The notes beneath the pieces were generated by a model. That model ran no database searches and was not told the origin of the DNA. It worked only from the letters and a program-made list of their open reading frames with translations. DNA of 64,000 bases, taken from Phoronis australis (taxonomy: Eukaryota; Animalia; Phoronida). The position numbers and the translations under genes are program-made. The stretch covers positions 799,874-863,873 of the forward strand of contig NMRA01000016.1 of assembly GCA_002633005.1 (NCBI GenBank), written 5' to 3'. Positions 59,907 to 64,000 of this stretch are shown in pieces; within the stretch, counting starts at the first letter, position 1; the number at the start of each line of letters is the position of its first letter.

Positions 59907-61848
59907 TTTTTATGCGACCACATGTACATGACTTGTGTTGGTGCATGTTGCCATCGTTTCTGTTCAGGCGTCCAGTGCCTGGGCACCCACTGCTGTATTT
60001 TTTAAACCCCTTGCAATACCTTGAGGTTTTGTAGGACCTTATCAACATGTTGGTGTATACAGCCAGATACCTACAGAACTGATTCAGAAGATTTTAACGC
60101 AGTAAAATTCTTTATTTTCTGAAAGTAGAGTGCCTGACTTTTAACCAATCTTCTATTAATCGGGTCATTCCTAACAGTTTTTGCAGATTAATTCATAAAG
60201 CATGGTTTCTGAAAGTTTCATATGATTCCAATCAACCATTAATTTGTTTTCTAAATTTGGCTGTTTTTCGAGGGACCTACATAACGTTAATGAAATTGGT
60301 CAGATGTGTTCCAAGAAACTGGCGATGGAGGACGACGAGTTTCGGACTGATCCGACTATCGCTGTGCACCCTAGGGGCAATTGTAATTTTTTAGGTTAAC
60401 CTCTTTATCTTCCGTCCTTGATAGATTTGCGTGTGATTTGGTAAATAGGTTTCTATGAAGAAGACAGCAACTCCTTCAACTTTTGGATGGATTTGTTTTC
60501 TGTGCCACAAAGCGAACTATTTTTAAAATTGTGAATTGGCATTCAGCTCTCTATCCACCTAACCCTTTAAAAGATAGTTATGAAAATTAGCAGATGTGTT
60601 CTTGATAAGATGACTGTGATTGACGTTGATTTTCGGACTGGCTCCACTTCTCAATTTGTATTTTGCGTCTGCAGTCATATCTCCTTAACCCTTAGCAGAA
60701 ACTTAAAATTTCCCTCATGTTTTCCTATTGAGGTGACAACGAATGATGACAAGTTCCAGACCAATCCGCCTACCAAGGTGCCCTCTAGTGGCAATTGTAA
60801 TTTTTCATGCTTGCCTCTGTATCTGCAGAGTTCATTCTTGGATTTTCCTGAATTTTGGCAAAAAGGTTTATAGAAAGGAGATGGCAATGCCTTTACATTT
60901 TCGGACGAAGCATTTTTAATATTTTATCTGCCAAACCCCTCGAAGGATAGCTATAAAATCAGCACGTGTTCCTGATGAGAAGACCTTGGCTGACATTGAC
61001 TTACAGTCAGGCATAACTAGCGACCCCTAGTTGTGATTGTGTCTTTTTCCTTAATCCTTTGCAGTATTTTCATGAAATTTTATCAGTGTTTCCTATAACA
61101 GAGTTTTTAACGGCGGTCACCGACCTTTAGACTGCTCTGACAACCGCTGTGGCAGGCAATCAATTTTAGTTGTTACGATTGCTTCTGTGTCTTTCGGGCT
61201 CGAGTTTTTGATGATGTTTGGCAAACGAGTTTTTAGTGTGATGCTTTCTAGCGCATTCTGGGCTTAATTCCAATTATTGTGCAGCATATGTTTCGTAATA
61301 AGCATTTAAAAAATTTCTATTATAAATACCTTAGTAGACCTACCTTAACATTTTGGGATGGATTTGATGTGTTCTGCGCCACCTGGTGACCGTTTTAAAT
61401 TGTTTTTGAGTCTTTATCGCCCAGCCTCTGTATTGGCCAAACCGCTCAGAGGATCATTACGAAAAATTGTAGATGTGTTCTTACTGGCAAAGCACGACTG
61501 GCGTGTCCAACTACTGTGGTGCGCCCTTGTGGCTTTTTGCCTCTGCAGCTGTATCTCCCAAACCTCTCGCAAGTTTAGTCTAATTAATTTGGCTGCAGAT
61601 GGACGATTCCGACTACCGTTGTGCCTTCATGGCAATTTTTTTTTCACGTTTGCCCCTGTGTATTGAACTTTTTGAAATTTGGCAAAAAGTTGAACATTTC
61701 TATTTAGGAGACTACGGCAGCTTCCCATTTCCGGACAAGTTAAGCGTATTCTGCGCCATATAATGGTCATTTTTATGATAATAATTAACACCCCTAGAAG
61801 GTGTGCGGTGCAATCGTGGGCGCATTTCAATGCTTTAGGCTGATTTTT
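59907..61848 (+). mobile_element. Apparently full-length HINE-like (Helentron-associated) element with a ~130-145 bp degenerate tandem array
   Basis: 5' TTTTTATGCGACCAC..TTGGTGCAT, a GGCGTCC tract, many units with AAATT(G/A)G..AGATGTGTTC, TTTCGGAC and CCCTAGTGGCAATT, then 3' subterminal GTGGGCGCAT (61816-61825, complementary to the 5' motif) and a T-tract. Confidence 0.75.
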
Positions 61849-62199
61849 GTTGTTAATCTAATTATTTTGAATGGTCCGAGAATGACTTGGAGAGTTCCGG
61901 TGTGGAGGGTGTGGCGCTGCTGATTTCTTCTTACCAAGAAAGCAAGATAGAAAACTTTCTTACTGATAAATTTATTTGCTTGATTTTCATGCATGTAATA
62001 AGTTTGCTCCATTTTATTACTGTCGATCGCAGTTTTCAAAAAATAAAAAACTAAACGGCTATAAACTGTCAAAAAGTGATTTAGACTAATTACGTCAAAA
62101 CTAAGCTCAATTACTGAGTCGAGAAGTGATTCTGACAGTTCGCATCGCTTGAAACTATATTACGTGGCGCATAAAATGACCAACCAGATTTTAGAGCTA

Positions 62200-62442
62200 G
62201 GTGCCCGTTCCAACAAAACTGGCTTAGCTAACACAAATCTTAAATTTTAGTGAATTTTGTGATAAAATTTGAATTTGCCTCAAGACCGTTGTTTCAATAA
62301 AGAAATCTTAAGTTAGTCTTAAATTTTTAATATAAGCTTTGTCTTAATTTGGATTATCATATCACCGGAATGTGAAAGTCTCAAGTTTGGAAGTTAAGAT
62401 ATATCTCTATAAATGAACTCTAGTCAGTTTCTTGAAAGTCCA
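62200..62442. mobile_element. Harbinger-like MITE, diverged inverted copy of 38550-38797
   Basis: GGTGCCCGTTCCAACAAAACTGGCTTAGCTAA...AAGTTTGGAAGTTAAGA...TAGTCAGTTTCTTGAAA. Confidence 0.7.
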
Positions 62443-62756
62443 GGCTTGTTAGTGGACGTATAATATGTCTGTATAAATGTATAAATCAAAAGGTTGTGAT
62501 GGAAGGCGTGTTTACAATAAGACATGCCAGGGGCCTCAAAAATGATTTAAAAGATTTCCAAACCCTTGAGAAGCTTTCCCTGCATCTCGTTTCCAGATGG
62601 GCACCGACATATACAACTGCCTCCCACTGGAATGCTTTCTTTCTTGGAATAACCACGTAAACACGTATTCATGAACACAAGCTTTAAAACATCTACCCAG
62701 GCAGTTAATAAAAGTATTTGCCATGGTGTACATGTTTAAGTTTGCGCCACCTATAG

Positions 62757-63968
62757 TCAGGTGAATTTAAACTCATTCGCCCAGCAGGATTGCCATCTTC
62801 TGAACTCCCGTATCAATTGGTCATTACTTGTCAACCTTGAAGTAGGTTTCGTAGTTGACATTTCACCCTTTGAGCGTTTAATTTCATCCAAGATCTGCTG
62901 TGCCTTCTGATAGCGAGTAGTCAATAGAAGGCGCTGTATGGGAGTCAAATCCTCACATTTTCGCGATTCTTTGGAGTTAATTTCATTGTTAACGTGATCT
63001 GTTGGGGGATTTCCGTTCGTGTCTTTGGTCACGGAGGGCAGTCTCTCAGGGCTGTTTTCCTCGTAAACAGTATTGATCACATGGTTATCGATGTTTGTAA
63101 TGTTATTGGATGCATTTGGCATTTTGTCTTGTGAAGAGTCAATGACTTGCAAACATTCACAGGAAGGTGTTTTGGAACGACTGTCCATTTCGTTAAGGTT
63201 TTCAGGAAACGAATGCGACAAGGTGTCACAAAGAATGTCTTCATAACCCTTTAGCATGGCGAACTGTGCCTCAGGCGAGAACTTAGTTATCGGCCTGGGT
63301 ACGGCCGGAAGCTTTACTGGTTCATCTGCTGGAAGGGACGTTCTTCGCGGTACACGGCCTCTGGGAAGTCTCTGGTGGCCAAATGGAAATGTTTTTGATA
63401 GTCGTCTTTGAACGAGGGGCAAGGCTGGGAAAATGTTAATTCCACCTCTTTCCCACGATCTAAATCCTGGCATCAATGAATGTCGACGATATTTTGAAGT
63501 GCCAGGATATGTTGAGCTTTCCAACGCGCCAACTTTCCAGTTGTGAGCAAGACTTTTGCGCCTTGTCTGTGTTCCACTGGCCCCGCTATCCTCGCCACTG
63601 TCGTGCAGTTTAGTGGCCATAGCACCACTTTTCATATTAGGATGACTGCTACGTCGGCGAGGATCTGCTTTTGTGCTCGTTGAGATGTTACAAGGGACAT
63701 ACGGGGTGCAGTCTCGTTGTTCACTGTATTTCCAGTTATGAGCCAGACTTCTTCGTCTTGCCGGCATATGACGATTGAGTGTTTGGTTTCCTCTGCATGA
63801 ATTACGATCGTTCGACGACCTTTCATTACTTGGTTGAGCGGAAAATGTGAGCTTCTGCACGTCAAACCGCTCAACGTCTTCATCTTCGTCTGTTATGAGT
63901 TTGTTTTCAAATACAGTATCGGAATCCTCTTGGAGAGTTGTCAGATTAGACCGATATTTTCCTGCCAT
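62757..63968 (-). CDS. Uncharacterised protein, 403 aa, single coding exon, convergent with Fip1
   Basis: 1212-nt open frame in AT-rich DNA, start in good context (GAAATGG), no transposon motifs. It has an internal peptide repeat RR(R/K)SLAHNWK and two ordered-looking blocks (FSPEAQFAMLKGYEDIL; LLLTTRYQKAQQILDEI..REFRRWQSCWANEF). A minus-strand AATAAA is at 61976-61971. Confidence 0.8.
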   Translation of the reverse strand: MAGKYRSNLTTLQEDSDTVFENKLITDEDEDVERFDVQKLTFSAQPSNERSSNDRNSCRGNQTLNRHMPARRRSLAHNWKYSEQRDCTPYVPCNISTSTKADPRRRSSHPNMKSGAMATKLHDSGEDSGASGTQTRRKSLAHNWKVGALESSTYPGTSKYRRHSLMPGFRSWERGGINIFPALPLVQRRLSKTFPFGHQRLPRGRVPRRTSLPADEPVKLPAVPRPITKFSPEAQFAMLKGYEDILCDTLSHSFPENLNEMDSRSKTPSCECLQVIDSSQDKMPNASNNITNIDNHVINTVYEENSPERLPSVTKDTNGNPPTDHVNNEINSKESRKCEDLTPIQRLLLTTRYQKAQQILDEIKRSKGEMSTTKPTSRLTSNDQLIREFRRWQSCWANEFKFT

Positions 63969-64000
63969 TTCGGTTCATTTGGTATCCGTATGGTCACAGT

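Overview
Eukaryotic animal genomic DNA: AT-rich, GT-AG introns, draft assembly with N breaks. It is probably an invertebrate bilaterian; the repeats look lophotrochozoan/mollusc-like, but that is low confidence. Five protein-coding genes were reconstructed by hand: RSRC1 (minus, 7 coding exons in the window, 3' end beyond the left edge), an intronless FAM43-family PTB/PID gene (plus; its 151-codon tandem repeat is most likely an assembly artefact at a single N), GEMIN8 (minus, 3 coding exons), FIP1L1/Fip1 (plus, 14 coding exons, 523 aa, head-to-head with GEMIN8), and an uncharacterised intronless 403-aa ORF (minus). Introns and intergenic DNA are rich in non-autonomous transposons: TTAA-flanked Kolobok-like elements with THAP remnants, Helentron-associated (HINE-like) elements, hAT5-like and Harbinger-like MITEs, and a tRNA-derived SINE. 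Best leads: (1) a canonical PAM2 (PABP/MLLE-binding) motif in a frame-locked exon of Fip1; (2) HINE-like elements whose internal tandem units carry CTCF-consensus motifs; (3) candidate autoregulatory processing of Fip1, namely an intronic terminal exon with poly(A) site and a weak-splice-site RD-repeat cassette exon; (4) symmetric Kolobok derivatives built from two copies of the THAP-coding end. No CRISPR arrays, rRNA or intact tRNA genes were seen.
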